Assembly (NCBI GenBank): GCA_002104905.1 | Contig: MCFE01000079.1 | Coordinates: 62,001 to 126,000 of the forward strand | Direction of reading: 5' to 3' | Source: Basidiobolus meristosporus CBS 931.73 | Lineage: Eukaryota; Fungi; Basidiobolomycota | Length of the DNA: 64,000 nt | Part shown: positions 50,598-62,639 of the stretch, in pieces | Layout of the letters: every line of letters begins with the position of its first letter | Numbering within the stretch: the stretch's first letter is position 1 | The notes under the pieces: generated by a model | Told to the model about the DNA's origin: nothing | Database searches by the model: none | The model's input: only the letters and a program-made list of their open reading frames with translations | Made by a program: the position numbers and the translations under genes

Positions 50598-51434
50598 ATG
50601 GAATCCAGTACCACTGTAATCCCTTCCGCATTGACCAAGACTGCGACCTCAAATAGCGAAATGGAGCACAAGCCACGCTACGACCTTAAAGGGGTGCTCA
50701 TCACCGACGTTTCAGCAGCACTGGTTTCCTCAGCCTTCGTTGCTCCCTTGGTTGCCATCATCGATCGTTCCGTTGTCTCTAACGCCAGTGGACGGCAAAC
50801 CTTAGGCGAGGGTCTTCGCCAGGGGTTGAAAGACCTCTTCACCGCCCCGCACAAGTTCGTGCGACAGCCAGCTTTCATGATTATGTTTGCCGTGTATTCG
50901 GGCACCTATATCACAGCAAATACCACCGAGTCGCTGTGTAACCATTTTGATAGACCGTGGCAACTCCCCAAGTTCATCACGTCCTCTATTGCAAATATCG
51001 GCCTAAGCCTCTTGAGAGATAAGCTTCTAACTCAATGGTTTGGCAATTCAAAGCCTAAGCCCCTACCGCCACTATCTTATGGATGCTTCGTGGCACGTGA
51101 CTGTCTAACCATTGCCGCATCTTTCAATCTACCGCCCATGCTGGCACCGATGCTGGAGCAACGTATTAACCTTAAGCGTGATCAGTGCGAGATGCTGGCA
51201 CAGTTGGTAACACCGGTCGGAGTCCAACTGTTGAGCACACCCTTGCATCTTACAGGCTTGGATCTCTACAATCGCCCAGACGCCACAACATCTCAGAGGG
51301 CAGCGTTTCTGAAGAAGGAATGTCCGGCAACCACAGCAATCCGAATGGTCCGTATCTTGCCGGCATTCTCCCTGGGCGGGGTGGCGAACAAATGGATGCG
51401 TATGAGAGGTAAAGAGAAGTATCGGTTGAACTAG
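50598..51434 (+). CDS. Conserved uncharacterised fungal/protist sideroflexin- or carrier-like mitochondrial membrane protein, 278 aa
   Basis: Intronless ORF with family motifs VAPLVAIIDRSVVSNASG, RDCLTIAASFNLP, STPLHLTGLDLYNR and RILPAFSLGGVAN. Confidence 0.82.
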   Translation: MESSTTVIPSALTKTATSNSEMEHKPRYDLKGVLITDVSAALVSSAFVAPLVAIIDRSVVSNASGRQTLGEGLRQGLKDLFTAPHKFVRQPAFMIMFAVYSGTYITANTTESLCNHFDRPWQLPKFITSSIANIGLSLLRDKLLTQWFGNSKPKPLPPLSYGCFVARDCLTIAASFNLPPMLAPMLEQRINLKRDQCEMLAQLVTPVGVQLLSTPLHLTGLDLYNRPDATTSQRAAFLKKECPATTAIRMVRILPAFSLGGVANKWMRMRGKEKYRLN

Positions 51435-51649
51435 GGCTGAGTGGATTAGACACCATTTCGTTGGTGGCCATTGATGGTTCTTTTACAAATAAATGATTGT
51501 CTTTGTGTTGGACTCTACGTTTATTGCAAATAAGGGTTGAAGCATTGACGTTTGGTTGACTAAGGGTTGTTGATGGTGGCGATGAATGCAAATAATGTCA
51601 ATAGGTGAATGAAACTAGCTTCATTAGGCGCGCTATCTTAGCTACGAGC

Positions 51650-51944
51650 TTATCCACGAACTTTCTGCTCGGTGAAGAGAACATGTTGACGCACTGCGGG
51701 AGTGGTGGAGGATTAGTTGCAGTCAAACCATCGAGAAGATAAACCTCCGCTTACCTTTGGGATCATATTTGCGGAAGGAGAGCTTGGGGTTGGCTCTGGG
51801 TCTGGTTCTGGTGTAGAAAAAACCGGTGCCAGCGCTGCTGACAAGCTTCACGATAACGGTTCTGGTCTTTGCTTTGGCCACTGTGCAGAACGGGGGGTTA
51901 GAAGGTCGGTCGATAGCACAGGTGGGCTGGCATTGCTACTTACT
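51650..51944 (-). CDS. MRPL39: Mitochondrial ribosomal protein bL33m, 56 aa (exons 51944, 51880-51755, 51693-51650)
   Basis: Spliced product [56 protein letters not shown], with the L33 hallmarks L.S.AGTG.FY and KYDP.V..HV.F.E. Both introns are GTAAG...CTAA(C/T)...CAG. Not in the ORF track. Confidence 0.93.
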
Positions 51945-52203
51945 TGTGATAAGAGTTGTGGTCTACAAGTCGGTTGACAAGAGGAAAATATCTTCTGGTC
52001 AGATATCCGGAGCCTGGATAAAAAATTTTGTTCTGGATATTAAATAAGCAGCCTCGCTGTTCCGAGATCTTAGTGGCTGATAATTGGCTAATAGTGATGC
52101 GGCCTAGCTAGCATACGAACTGGGTAAAGTGGTGCACCGATTCCTATATATCCGATCATACCTTACTGTTCATACCCTTCATACCCTATTACTGTAGAAC
52201 AAT

Positions 52204-52885
52204 ATGTCCCTTCCTAAAAGAATCACCAAGGTTGGAATACGCTTTCAAATATGAAAGTTTGTTTTTTCGGGATCCGTGCTGATTTCTTGCCTTGACTCTT
52301 TGTCTATTTACGATTACCTAGGAGATCGAGCGTTTACTTGCCGACCCGGCTCCCGGGATAAGTGCAACTCCTCACGAAGACAACCTTCGCTATTTCGATG
52401 TTATCATCGCCGGTCCCTCTCAGTCTCCCTTTGAAGGTACCTTCCTTTTCCAAACCTTGCGAATACAGTGACTGACCAGGGTTGCGCTCGTTTCCCAGGA
52501 GGAACATTTAGCCTTGAGCTCTTCCTGCCCGAAGATTACCCTATGGCACCACCCAAGGTGCGCTTTTTGACCAAAATCTATCATCCTAATATCGACAAGC
52601 TGGGAAGAATCTGTCTCGATATCTTGAAGGATAAATGGTCCCCTGCACTTCAGATCCGCACGGTGCTGCTTTCCATCCAAGCCCTTCTTTCCGCCCCCAA
52701 TCCAGATGACCCATTGGCCAACGATGTAGCCCAACACTGGAAGGAAGATGAGAAAGACGCTATCGCCACTGGTAAGTCCATGTCGGATTTCGAGCGGTTT
52801 GCTGCAGTATTGGGCATTAACCCTTCTTTCTATTTCAATATGAACAGCTCGGGCCTGGACCATGAAGCATGCGGTTTCTAATTAA
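52204..52885 (+). CDS. UBC13: Ubiquitin-conjugating enzyme E2 N, 150 aa (exons 52204-52230, 52322-52436, 52499-52771, 52848-52885)
   Basis: [10 protein letters not shown]...HEDNLRYF...[48 protein letters not shown]. Confidence 0.97.
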
Positions 52886-53163
52886 TTATTCCACTACATG
52901 ATGGTCCCTTGTAAGCACTACAGCCAGACTACTGCTCTTCTTCCTTCAGGTATTTTGATACATCTGCAATGAAATAAACATGACGTGAAGATGAGAAACC
53001 ATTCCCTTTATTTGTCCTGTTGTTTGTCCCCCGATTGAACGCTCATTTACACCATCCTTTGTTAGCACATTTCTCGAGCATCTATACGTCATTCCGTCGT
53101 CTTAGTTACGCCCGACCTTGTAGTGTCGGGTTGGAGCTAGATCAAACGATTACTTAAGAGCTG

Positions 53164-54245
53164 TTACAGGATGGGGAGATAGGCGGGTTTACCTTTTTCG
53201 CTAAGATGGCTTCGCTTCACATGGCTCTGTAATTGGGGCGAAGTAGACCTGCGCTTAACGGATGGAGTCTCTGGCACTTGGCGGGTAACGTAACTAGTCG
53301 AGGTTCGTGTTGGGGTATTGGTCTGGGGCGTCAGAGTAGACTGAGAACCTTGTTTCTCCTGTGTTTGCGCCAAAAGCACGACAGCCTCATCAGCGGGATT
53401 CTGCGAAAGGATGAAGCTCGATCCTACTGCATTGCTTTGGCCTTGATGCTCCTCAAGCTTGACCATTCTCTCGTTGAGGAGGCATATCAGGTTTTGGATC
53501 TGCGGAGTTCGGTTCAAGAGATCAGCTCCAGTATTGCAATAAAGCCATCTGGCTCTTTACCTTGGCAATAGATACTTGAAACGCTCGGGCATCAGGGATG
53601 TTGATTCCCTGCTCCTCAGGACACTCGGTCTCTTTCAGGTTCCGGCCTAGTTCATAGCTGTTTACTTTCTACCTGACTGCAATCCGCTTTGAGATAGAAT
53701 ATCGCCAACATACCATGTGACTGAATCCAACATGAACGTATACATGTCCCTTAATAAAGCACTCCGTTAGTTCCTTGGGAAATTGTTTGCTTTACCAACG
53801 ACAGCCTACCTAACATTATCTAGAGAACGCGAGGTAGTCTTGTAGACCTTCCCTATGGAAGCATTACAACTGCAGCTCAGTGGAATATAGGTACTGTTGA
53901 AGTGGGATTAGCTCGATTTGTAACGCTACTCTGCAAATTTAGATATGCCGAAACACACTAACCTGCCAAGATCATAGCCAGCATTGGAAGTCAGCAGGTC
54001 CTCTCCAAGCTTCACCTGCTCACTTTTACCTTGATACTCGGGCTTGGCGTGAACTCGGGAATAAGGAAAAGTCAAATAAGTCACGTACCATATAAAGAAA
54101 CAGCGTTGAGTTCTCTGGTAGCGCACACCCAGGAAAACGAATCCCCAACGATGGCACGGCATTTGCCACATTGAAATACTAAGGGAGCAGAAATGTCCTG
54201 AGAACCAGGGTCTCGTTCAGGGTCCGGTGAGGCAGCTCTGTTCAT
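53164..54245 (-). CDS. MIS18: Mis18 (Yippee-Mis18 domain with C-terminal coiled coil), about 258 aa (exons 54245-54089, 54029-53963, 53893-53810, 53749-53714, 53657-53561, 53499-53164)
   Basis: Spliced product PLVFQCGKCRAIVGDSFSWV...LSCSCNASIGKVYKTT...LDNVRDMYTFMLDSVTCYELG...IQNLICLLNERMVKLEE. It matches the S. pombe Mis18 pattern (VFQC..C..IVGDS..W; IGKVY..T; RDMYTF..D....Y.LG). The intron 1 acceptor and the extreme 3' end are uncertain. Confidence 0.88.
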
Positions 54246-54548
54246 TAGTGCGATATGCTTGGGCTATACGAAGCGACCGAGGGGACACTTCAGTCATTGA
54301 CTTTTAGGATTTATCACCTCAAGTACCCAAGATCACATAAACCAAACATGACGATATTGTTTCGAATGATGATTTAATTCGGGTTTAACTATAACCAACC
54401 ATCTGATATATCTTGTGGGATGCCATATCAAATGAATTGTCGAGTAAAGAGAAAGAGAAAAAAAGATCAATGGAGCTGATAGAAACAGTCGCGAAGATAA
54501 CCAAACACTTAAGCACTCGTTGCAGTCCGTTTGGTACTTTTTGACGAA

Positions 54549-55413
54549 ATGACCTTGACCAGAACTGACGGACGCAAAAACGACGAAATCCGCCCACTCT
54601 ATTGTTCGCAGGGTCTCTTGAACCGTGCCGATGGCTCAGCTCGCTTTGAACATGGTCCGTTTCAGTATCCCCCCAGCAGACGAGTTTTCTTTAACACCCA
54701 TCCCTTCCACTCTCTAGGAAAATCTGCAGTGCTTTGCGGTATCAACGGTCCAATGGAGGTCAGGCTTACCCAAGAAAAGCTGGACAAGGCCACTTTGGAG
54801 GTAGTCTTTCGGCCCATGATTGGCTTACCTAGCACGCGGGAAAAGAAATATGAAGCGGTGATCCGGCGCACTTTTGAAAACGCCATCCTAACTGGCCTGC
54901 ACCCTCGTACTCTAATCCAGTTGAATGTACAAATTTTGTGGGACGACGGCTGTGTAAGTAGATTCACCCCGCCGGAAGGTTTTTTCACCAGTGAAATCTA
55001 ATCGGACCTTAACTGATATCCAGGCTCTTGCCACCGCCATCAATGCCGTTACTTTGGCGTTAATCGATGCGGGAATCCCCAGTAAAAGTATTATCGCAGC
55101 CTCTACCTGTTTGATCACTGACGCAGGTGAATTGATTGTTGATCCCACCGCAAAGGAGCTTGAGGTAAGCGTCTAGTAAAAAGAGCTATGAGCGCACTTG
55201 CTAACGAAATATTCCTAGGCCCCTCATTCATCCCTCCATACGTTTGCTTTCGATAGTGCCACACAAGAGGCAGTGTTTTCGGAGTCCATAGGTTCTTACA
55301 CTGAGGAGGAGTATTTCAGATGCCTGGATATTTGCTCCGCAGCAAGCGTCAAAGTCCAAGGCTTCCTGAGAACTGCACTGGAAAAAAAACTCGAGAAAGA
55401 AAACCAATACTAG
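54549..55413 (+). CDS. RRP46: Exosome RNase PH-like subunit Rrp46, 225 aa (exons 54549-54654, 54718-54953, 55024-55164, 55219-55413)
   Basis: RTDGRKNDEIRPL...LNRADGSARF...INGPMEV...HPRTLIQLNVQILWDDG...AINAVTLALIDAGIP...IVDPTAKE. Confidence 0.92.
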
Positions 55414-55629
55414 GCTTCAGCCACCTATAGACCCTAAGGAGATAGTTAGAAAACCTGTTAACAACGCATGACAGTGTAAAGCCAAACTCATGTACAATCC
55501 ATCAATCAATTTGGTGTATCGGATTTGTAATACATACTACCAATCATTGATGTTCGCGAGATTCTCAACACATATTCTTGTACTTCACACCTTGACTATA
55601 TTTTGTTTTAACAAATAAATACTCTTCCG

Positions 55630-56245
55630 ATGACTTCCCTTCGCACCTACGCAGTGGTGTCACTATTCTTCACCGTATCCTATGCATTATCTCTATTTTC
55701 TGTATTCAGCAACACTTGGCTTCACTTCAGAACCCCTGAGCCTTTCAGACTAAGCGAACGCTATGGTTTGTGGGAAAAGTGCGATCTATTCGGACAGTGT
55801 AGATATTTTCCTGATGCCTCCAATGGAGATTGCAAAGAATACAACTTCTGCACCAAGTGGCACATTGCTCAAGCCAGTATGGCCATCTCGGGTTTTCTAG
55901 GTGCCATGCTTTTGATCACCATACTTGGTCTGCTGTTTGCTAGCTACGCACGACAATATAAAGGTTGGCGCACGGTAGCCTCGCTTCTAATTTTGCACGG
56001 TAAGCTCGTTAACCAACACTATCATGATAACTGGACACTAAAACGGATTTTCTACAGCCGCCTGCCAGATTATTGGCATGGTGTTCATTTCCGATCTTTA
56101 CAACACCTCGTCTCGGTTTTATTATGGAACGAAGTATGATATATCCTTCATCTTTTGTATCCTCAGCTCGATACTTGATGTCGTTTTGGCAGTGGGTATT
56201 ACTGTGACGGCTATCACCAGCCCACCTGCTTATTATCCTTTATGA
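55630..56245 (+). CDS. Claudin/PMP22/SUR7-superfamily four-TM protein, 185 aa (exons 55630-55999, 56058-56245)
   Basis: Four hydrophobic segments and the W...GLW..C...C extracellular-loop signature (TW...YGLWEKC...C). One GTAAG...CAG intron. Confidence 0.85.
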
Positions 56246-56862
56246 GCGATGCGGAGGCTTTTCTTTCAAGAAGCCAAGAGGTCAATTGGATCATTTTCTA
56301 CATTAATCAGATATGCATGCACTTCTGCATTCATACAATCTCTATAATAAATTTCGAACATAGCATTATCCTCTGGCAATTCTCAAGCGAGGCGGTATTT
56401 TCTTATGCTACTTGAAGAGTTGATTATAAGCCTGGCGTTCAAGCAACGATGATTGTGACTCGAAGCTACGAGTAATCGAAACCATGGACCAATATGCAGC
56501 ATCTCAAGTAATATCATCGGAGTTGTTGAAATTCTAGCTGTTTCTTTTTCCACCATATCTATCGCCAAGATCTCTTATTGTATCTCACAACCTCACTGCC
56601 TTCATTGTTGCCTCTCCTCTTACCTTGCGATTTCCGGACCATATTCTCCACTATATGCTCCAGATGAAGTATTCTGAAATAGTGGGTCAGAGTATTCTCG
56701 AGTACCAGATCCAATGGACCCTAGATTCGAGTTTCCGATAGGATACCCCATCTCTTAAAATCCATACACCTACCCAAAGCTCAACGCTTAAATACGTGTC
56801 AACACCTTTTTTTATCCCATTCTAGCTTGGTTTTGGTGCTTGCTACCCTTTGCTTTATCAAC

Positions 56863-58419
56863 ATGTCTCCAGTCGAAAAAAAACCCACCAACGAACCAGA
56901 TGTCGTATCAAGGTGAATATTCTCTCTTGACGCTTTGCTGAAATCCAGTCTAGATTAAAACTCGTCGCCCTACTTTCCAGTGTGGAGACCACAGTAGACA
57001 CCCAAGAGAAACCAGCTGATACGGTTAGTCGCAAACGCGAGAGAAGTGAGGAGCCGGAGGTAAGTCGGATCAATATAAGACTCAAAGGATCCATAATAAA
57101 TTTCGTGCCGTTTGTGTTTCTTGGTCGCCCCTTCAACATAGGAACAAGCTGTATTGCCCGCGAAAAAGTAAGCACCGGACATCACTAAATATTCTAGTTC
57201 CATTCTTACTGATCAACTTTATTGCAGATCGTATGTAGCATCTAGCCAAAATGGAGCCAGAATATAACTGTTGACTGATCGATTTCCTTTCTAGCCGTGA
57301 GGGTTCGGTCGAGGGTGAGGAGAATGCCACCAAAGAGGAGGCTGGAGCTCAACAAGAGCAACCCAACAGCGAGGAGACTGTAGAGGAGAAAAAAGCTCTT
57401 GATGATACCAAGGCCGAAGATTCGAAAGAGGAGAAAGAAAATAGTAAGCCAGCGGATGAGGATAAGTCAAAATCAGATGAAGCTGCACCCAAAGATGAAC
57501 AGAAGGATAGCAGTGAGGCGAAATCGAGTGATGATTCTAAACCTGACGACTCGGAGACCAATGGCGATAAGCCAAAGCCAATTTTCGGGGCCAAGTTTAG
57601 CGGATTCTCCTTCGGAAGCGCCACTACCAGCGCAGCCTCTGTTTTCTCGAGCGTGACTGACAAGCCTGCGTCGTTCGAGTCATTGCTCATGTCTGGCTCG
57701 TCCGCATTGGATACGGAAGAGAGCAAAGAAACCAGTACAGCTAACAATGAGATTGGCCAAGGAAATACCCCCAAAATAGATCTCCAAAAAGTTGAAGGTA
57801 GACTATCCATCGAAGCTGTTTCCAATCTATCCTCGCCAGTGCTAAGTCATTCGTGCATTCTAGTTACTACTGGTGAAGAGGGCGAAGATACACTCTTTCA
57901 AGTATGCTATTCACAAATCACGCGTTAGAAGGATGACGAGTCGGTATTGACAATCGCTTTGTCTAAAAGGTTAGGGCCAAGCTGTTTGTCCTGGATGCAG
58001 AGACCAAGGGCTGGAAAGAACGTGGAATAGGATTTTTGAAGCTGAACGTCAAGCATAACGACAAGAAAAGCGCCCGCTTGAGTGAGAAACATTCATCAGA
58101 AACCATTTCCTTATGAGCATTCTTACTAAACCCCGGCTCTTTCTAGTCATGCGTACAGAAGGAGTTTTGAAAGCAATCCTCAATGTAGTTGTTTTCGCAG
58201 ACATGAAGTGTGAGTTGGTATCCGAGAAGTACGTGAGAATCGTTGCGTTCGAGGAGGGCCAGAAAATCGTTCAATACACAATCAAGGTAACGAGGGATGC
58301 TGCGCCTGAGCCCTTCGACATTCTCTAACGCGAGTTGCCACTAGGTTGGGTCGAAAAACTCGGCTGAAGAACTCTGTGACGCCATTGAGGGAGTCAAGAG
58401 CTCGCTCTCAGGGGAATAA
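56863..58419 (+). CDS. YRB2: Ran-binding-domain protein, Yrb2/RanBP3-like (multi-exon; internal exon structure at 57060-57295 not resolved)
   Basis: Basic NLS-like RKRERS, an acidic linker, the FG motif PIFGAKFSGFSFGS, and a C-terminal RanBP1 domain (TGEEGEDTLFQ/RAKLFVLD...WKERGIG.LKLN/VMRTEGVLKAILN). Confidence 0.8.
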
Positions 58420-58745
58420 TTGATGTCGATCCACATTATATGTATAGAATATGAAAATAGTACTTTTGCAAATAGATTACATATGGTTCAGTCGTCATTG
58501 TTGTCTCTTGTGGACGTTATGAAACTTCCTACATGCGTCTCATCCTCCTGAATGGTTTATTTTTATGAGTGTTTTAATCACGAAGCCAAGTGCGGGTCTC
58601 AAGTGCGGCTCAGTGTTTGGCCAGAGTAAAGACTAGGGGGGCCATATATCTCAAGAGAGAGATTAAAACGGTGGCCATCGGCCCATCGTTCCCATTTCAC
58701 CATGTCATTGCACTCCCAGTCGTCCTAAACCCCAAGAAAACAAGG

Positions 58746-60454
58746 ATGCTACTTGGAGTTCCTCTCTTGTATCTGATCCAGCTTTCCCAGTATTCTGAGG
58801 CGAGTTCCTTGTCTGCGGATTGTACATATTTAATCCAGTCCTTTTTCCGAAGTGTGGTTGTCGATCTCGGGAGCACTAAGCCCGATCAATCAAGTAACTG
58901 CTGTATACTTCCGGGTGTCAAGTGCGAAGAGGATCGCGTTACACAACTGGTGTTTTCGGGGAACATCTCTGGGAATCTACCTCATGATCTCGGGAGGCTG
59001 GACTATCTATCCGTAATCTCCTTCGTGAACACCCGGCTTGCTGGGTCTATACCTTCGTCCATTGGCGAGTTGAGGCGACTCAAATACCTGTAGGAGATTA
59101 ATGCGGCCTTCATCAGACGCCATTTCTGACAGCCTCCTTAGGTCGCTCTCGAGCTCCGGGTTCTCAGGAGCACTTCCACCAAGCTTGTTTAATCTACACC
59201 TTGAGTACCTGTGAGTGGAGTTTCATTTTCACATGGCTGTTTCCAATTCGCTAAACCTACCAGCAATCTGAGCAACAACCAGCTAAGTGGAGAAATCCCT
59301 GCGTCAATATCCAACCTAGTAGCCGCCTCGTTCATGTAAATCACGCTCGTCTCATCCCATCACCCTGATGTTGCTACTAAGAACTCTTCTTCAGCGGTTT
59401 GAGCAACAATCATTTCACGGGGACTCTTCCACCATTTCAACTAAGCAGCGAAGGGGTTTGTCAGCTGGATGGGAATAAGATAGAGTGTCGAAGTATTGAC
59501 GCGCCAGCGTGCAATTCAGCGAGTGCAATGGCAGTGTGTGCAACAGGTAAGTGGAGGTGCCAGCCTAGCCACAGACCATGGATTGACTATGATTGCGTAG
59601 AACCAGGTCAAAACTCGAGATTGGATGATGTCCCAGCTTGGGGCATTGCACTTATCATCCTAAGCTCGTGTGTATTGGTGCTTACACTTGCATTGATAAT
59701 ATGGGTCTGCCACGAAAGATATGAAATAGGTGAGCCACCAAATCAACCGGGCATAACTATGGCCAGACACTGATCTTTTTTAGCAGAGCTCAGCTTTAGC
59801 GAGGAAGAACACCACGAATCCAAAATAGCCATTACCTCGGAAGAAACAACCACCCCCACATCCGAAGAAACGACCACCCCCACATCAACTCTAAATGGTA
59901 TCGCCCCAATGGCCAGCGATGTATCAAGCGTACCCACAACAAATCCAACCGAGGATCGTGTTGCCAGAAACACCAGCTCTCCTGGCACCACAGCTACGAA
60001 TAGATCCGTTTCCAGCATCAAAAGAGGATCAGAGTATATGCTTCACGACACTTCGCCAACTTCCTCTTGCAAAAGGATTCGAATCTCCAATGAGAGCATT
60101 ATAAGAATATTTCCTAACCCTCCGGGCACTGACCAGTTTCGCTTTTCTACTGAAACGGTACACACCACGCCCCCAGCCAAGGCATTGACCATCGAGACCC
60201 CGAGCGATACAGACACTCTTGCTACATCAAGCGCCAGTCAACCACCAAGCCCTTGGGACTCTATATTCCGTAACATCATGACAAGATCCCAATCAACAGC
60301 GCCGCCAGTGCTCACATATCGCACAACTAGCGGCACCGTGGACAGACCCAACAGAAGATCAAATCTAGTGTACACCTCGAGGTCACCAGCCTATCTACGC
60401 CGTGCGAAATCCCGGAACCACTCTCGTCTTTCCCAGGTCTTCACGGAGATCTAA
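58746..60454 (+). CDS. Plant-type LRR single-pass receptor-like protein, about 478 aa, no kinase (exons 58746-59089, 59142-59210, 59264-59335, 59395-59546, 59601-59729, 59784-60454)
   Basis: Signal peptide, Cys cap (NCC..PGVKCE.DRVTQL), LRRs LAGSIPSSIGELRRLKYL, FSGALPPSLFNL and LSNNQLSGEIPASISNL, TM helix WGIALIILSSCVLVLTLALIIWVC, and an S/T/P/R-rich tail. All six exons join in frame with GT-AG introns. Confidence 0.85.
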
Positions 60455-60652
60455 TCCCCCAAGTCTCCACGAAGATCCAATCCACCCACCATTCAACGAC
60501 CTCATGTGATCTCGACTTCATTTTTCTTTTTTTTCCTGAATCCCTAACCAGAGGGGCCAATCATCTGAACAGGTCCTGAAATTAAATCCCCCCTTTTGAA
60601 CCACATTTTCTCCTTCTCTTCTTCCTACCTGACAGGTTGCTCCTTTTTTAAA

Positions 60653-61518
60653 ATGTAAGTTGCAGTCGGTGTACAGAAACAGATATGCTTTACTTTAAAC
60701 GATGGGTTTTATGAGGTTGGGCCAAGTGGTTTTGTTTTCGGAAGGATAAACACCGTCGACACGAACCCAAAAACATTGGGCAGCAGATACTGAGGCAGCT
60801 CGTAGACATCGCATTCATGTTACACCCAAACCAACGTACCTCCACCACCACCACCCCGTCTCTAACAACCAATTTTTCCAAAGGGTTTCTTTGAGCAGTC
60901 AGAAACGTTTGGCCGCTAGCGTCCTCAAGTGCGGTAAAAGAAAGGTCTGGATTGATCCCAATGAAGTTAACGAGATCGCTAACGCCAACTCTCGTGAGTA
61001 ACCACTCGACCTACTCTTGTTCAGCACCATCGACTCACCAGTTGTCTTCTGCCCTGCTAGGTCAAAACATCAGAAAGCTTATCAAGGATGGTCTCATCAT
61101 CAAGAAACCTAATGTTGTCCATTCTCGCTTCAGAGTTCGCGAGAAGCTCGCTGCCAAGCGCAAGGGACGTCACACTGGCACCGGTAAGCGTAGAGGTACT
61201 GCCGAGGCCCGTATGCCCACCCAGGTCCTCTGGATGCGCCGCCAGCGTGTCTTGAGACGCATGTTGAGAAAGTACCGTGAATCCGGCAAGATCGACAAGC
61301 ACTTGTACCACTCCCTCTACATGAAATCCAAGGGTAATGTCTTCAAGAACAAGCGCGTCTTGATGGAGTTCATCCACAAGGCCAAGGCCGAGAAGCTCAG
61401 AGCCAAGCTTATCGCTGACCAAGCCGAGGCCCATCGTCTCAAGTCCAAGGCTGCTCGTGAACGTCGTGCTGAGCGTATTCAAGCCAAGAAGGATGCCCTC
61501 CTTACTGGCGAGAACTAA
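60653..61518 (+). CDS. RPL19: 60S ribosomal protein eL19, 189 aa (exons 60653-60654, 60884-60993, 61061-61518)
   Basis: [28 protein letters not shown]...[17 protein letters not shown]...[18 protein letters not shown]. Confidence 0.98.
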
Positions 61519-61734
61519 ATGGCATTTCGAGTCCGATTGCTGGAATATTAATAAAGTCTTCAAAGTGCAATCCATTACTTTCATCTCCCACAGTCACTGA
61601 TCCCCGGTCACGTGAGCGGCTCATCCCCTGGCAAAGGATTTTTTTTGCAAATCAATGGATGATGGCAACAATAAATCTAGTCAAGTTCTGGAAAAAGAAA
61701 CCTTCTTTTCCACCTGGCCTGGTAGACGTGCAAA

Positions 61735-62412
61735 ATGGTAAGCAAACCTACAATGAACGGCCATTCGAAGCACAACCCATTAGTCAGTTAGTGAGTTCGA
61801 GGGTTATGCTAGGAGGATGGATGGATGGATGGATGTTTCGCTTCAGAGGACAGTTGAAGTTCTAAGAATTTTCCCCGTATTTTCTAGTCTCTCGTCGTTC
61901 CCGATAAGAATCAGTTCCAACACATTCTCCGTCTCCTCAATACCAACATTGACGGTAGAACCAAGGTCGTCTTCGCCTTGACCTCCATCAAGGGTGTTGG
62001 TAGACGTTACTCCACTATGGTCTGCAAGAAGGCCGATATCGACCTCACCAAGAGAGCTGGTGAACTTACCAACGAAGAGTTGGAACGTATCGTCACCATC
62101 ATCCAAAACCCTCTTCAGTACAAGATCCCCAAGTGGTTCCTCAACAGACAGAAGGATATTGTTGACGGCAAGTACACCCAAGTATTGGCTAACGGTCTCG
62201 ACAACAAGTTCCGTGAAGATTTGGAGCGCATGAAGAAGATCCGTGCTCATCGTGGTCTTCGTCACTACTGGGGTCTCCGTGTCCGTGGTCAACATACCAA
62301 GACTACTGGCAGAAGAGGCAGAACCGTTGGTGTCTCCAAGAAGAAGAGTAAGTCGTGTCGAATCGCTACCACCAACCTACATATGCTGACCATCCCCCTC
62401 CATTTAGACTAA
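61735..62412 (+). CDS. RPS18: 40S ribosomal protein uS13, 155 aa (exons 61735-61737, 61888-62347, 62408-62412)
   Basis: [24 protein letters not shown]...IKGVGRRY...[33 protein letters not shown]. Confidence 0.98.
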
Positions 62413-62639
62413 ACCTCTTGGACATCCCCAACCTTGCTTATTCTATCGTATTGATTCAAATCAACTCTGGCTGGTCTTGTATCAATGCATCTCTACATGC
62501 TACAATAAATCAAATTTTGGTAGTCAAGCAACCTATTCTAGCCACCTATTCTAGTTTCTTCTGCCTGGGTCTCCCCCTGAAATTGATAGCAGTACGTCAT
62601 TCGTTGTTTTCTAAAATCGAGATCTGCTACTCTTGACCC

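Noticed and set aside
54655-54717. In-frame 63-nt insertion in RRP46 (and 54 nt at 59547-59600 in the LRR gene) as coding sequence
   Set aside because: Both have GT...AG ends and typical intron length, and removing the RRP46 segment restores the conserved motif spacing. The ORF track simply reads through them.
56383-56760. Possible small spliced gene on the minus strand (GTAAGA at 56623, CAG at 56538)
   Set aside because: The putative intron is purine-rich with no branch motif, and no frame gives a recognisable protein.
61057-62295. Long minus-strand ORFs 61057-61584 and 61843-62295
   Set aside because: Antisense shadows of the highly codon-biased RPL19 and RPS18 genes.
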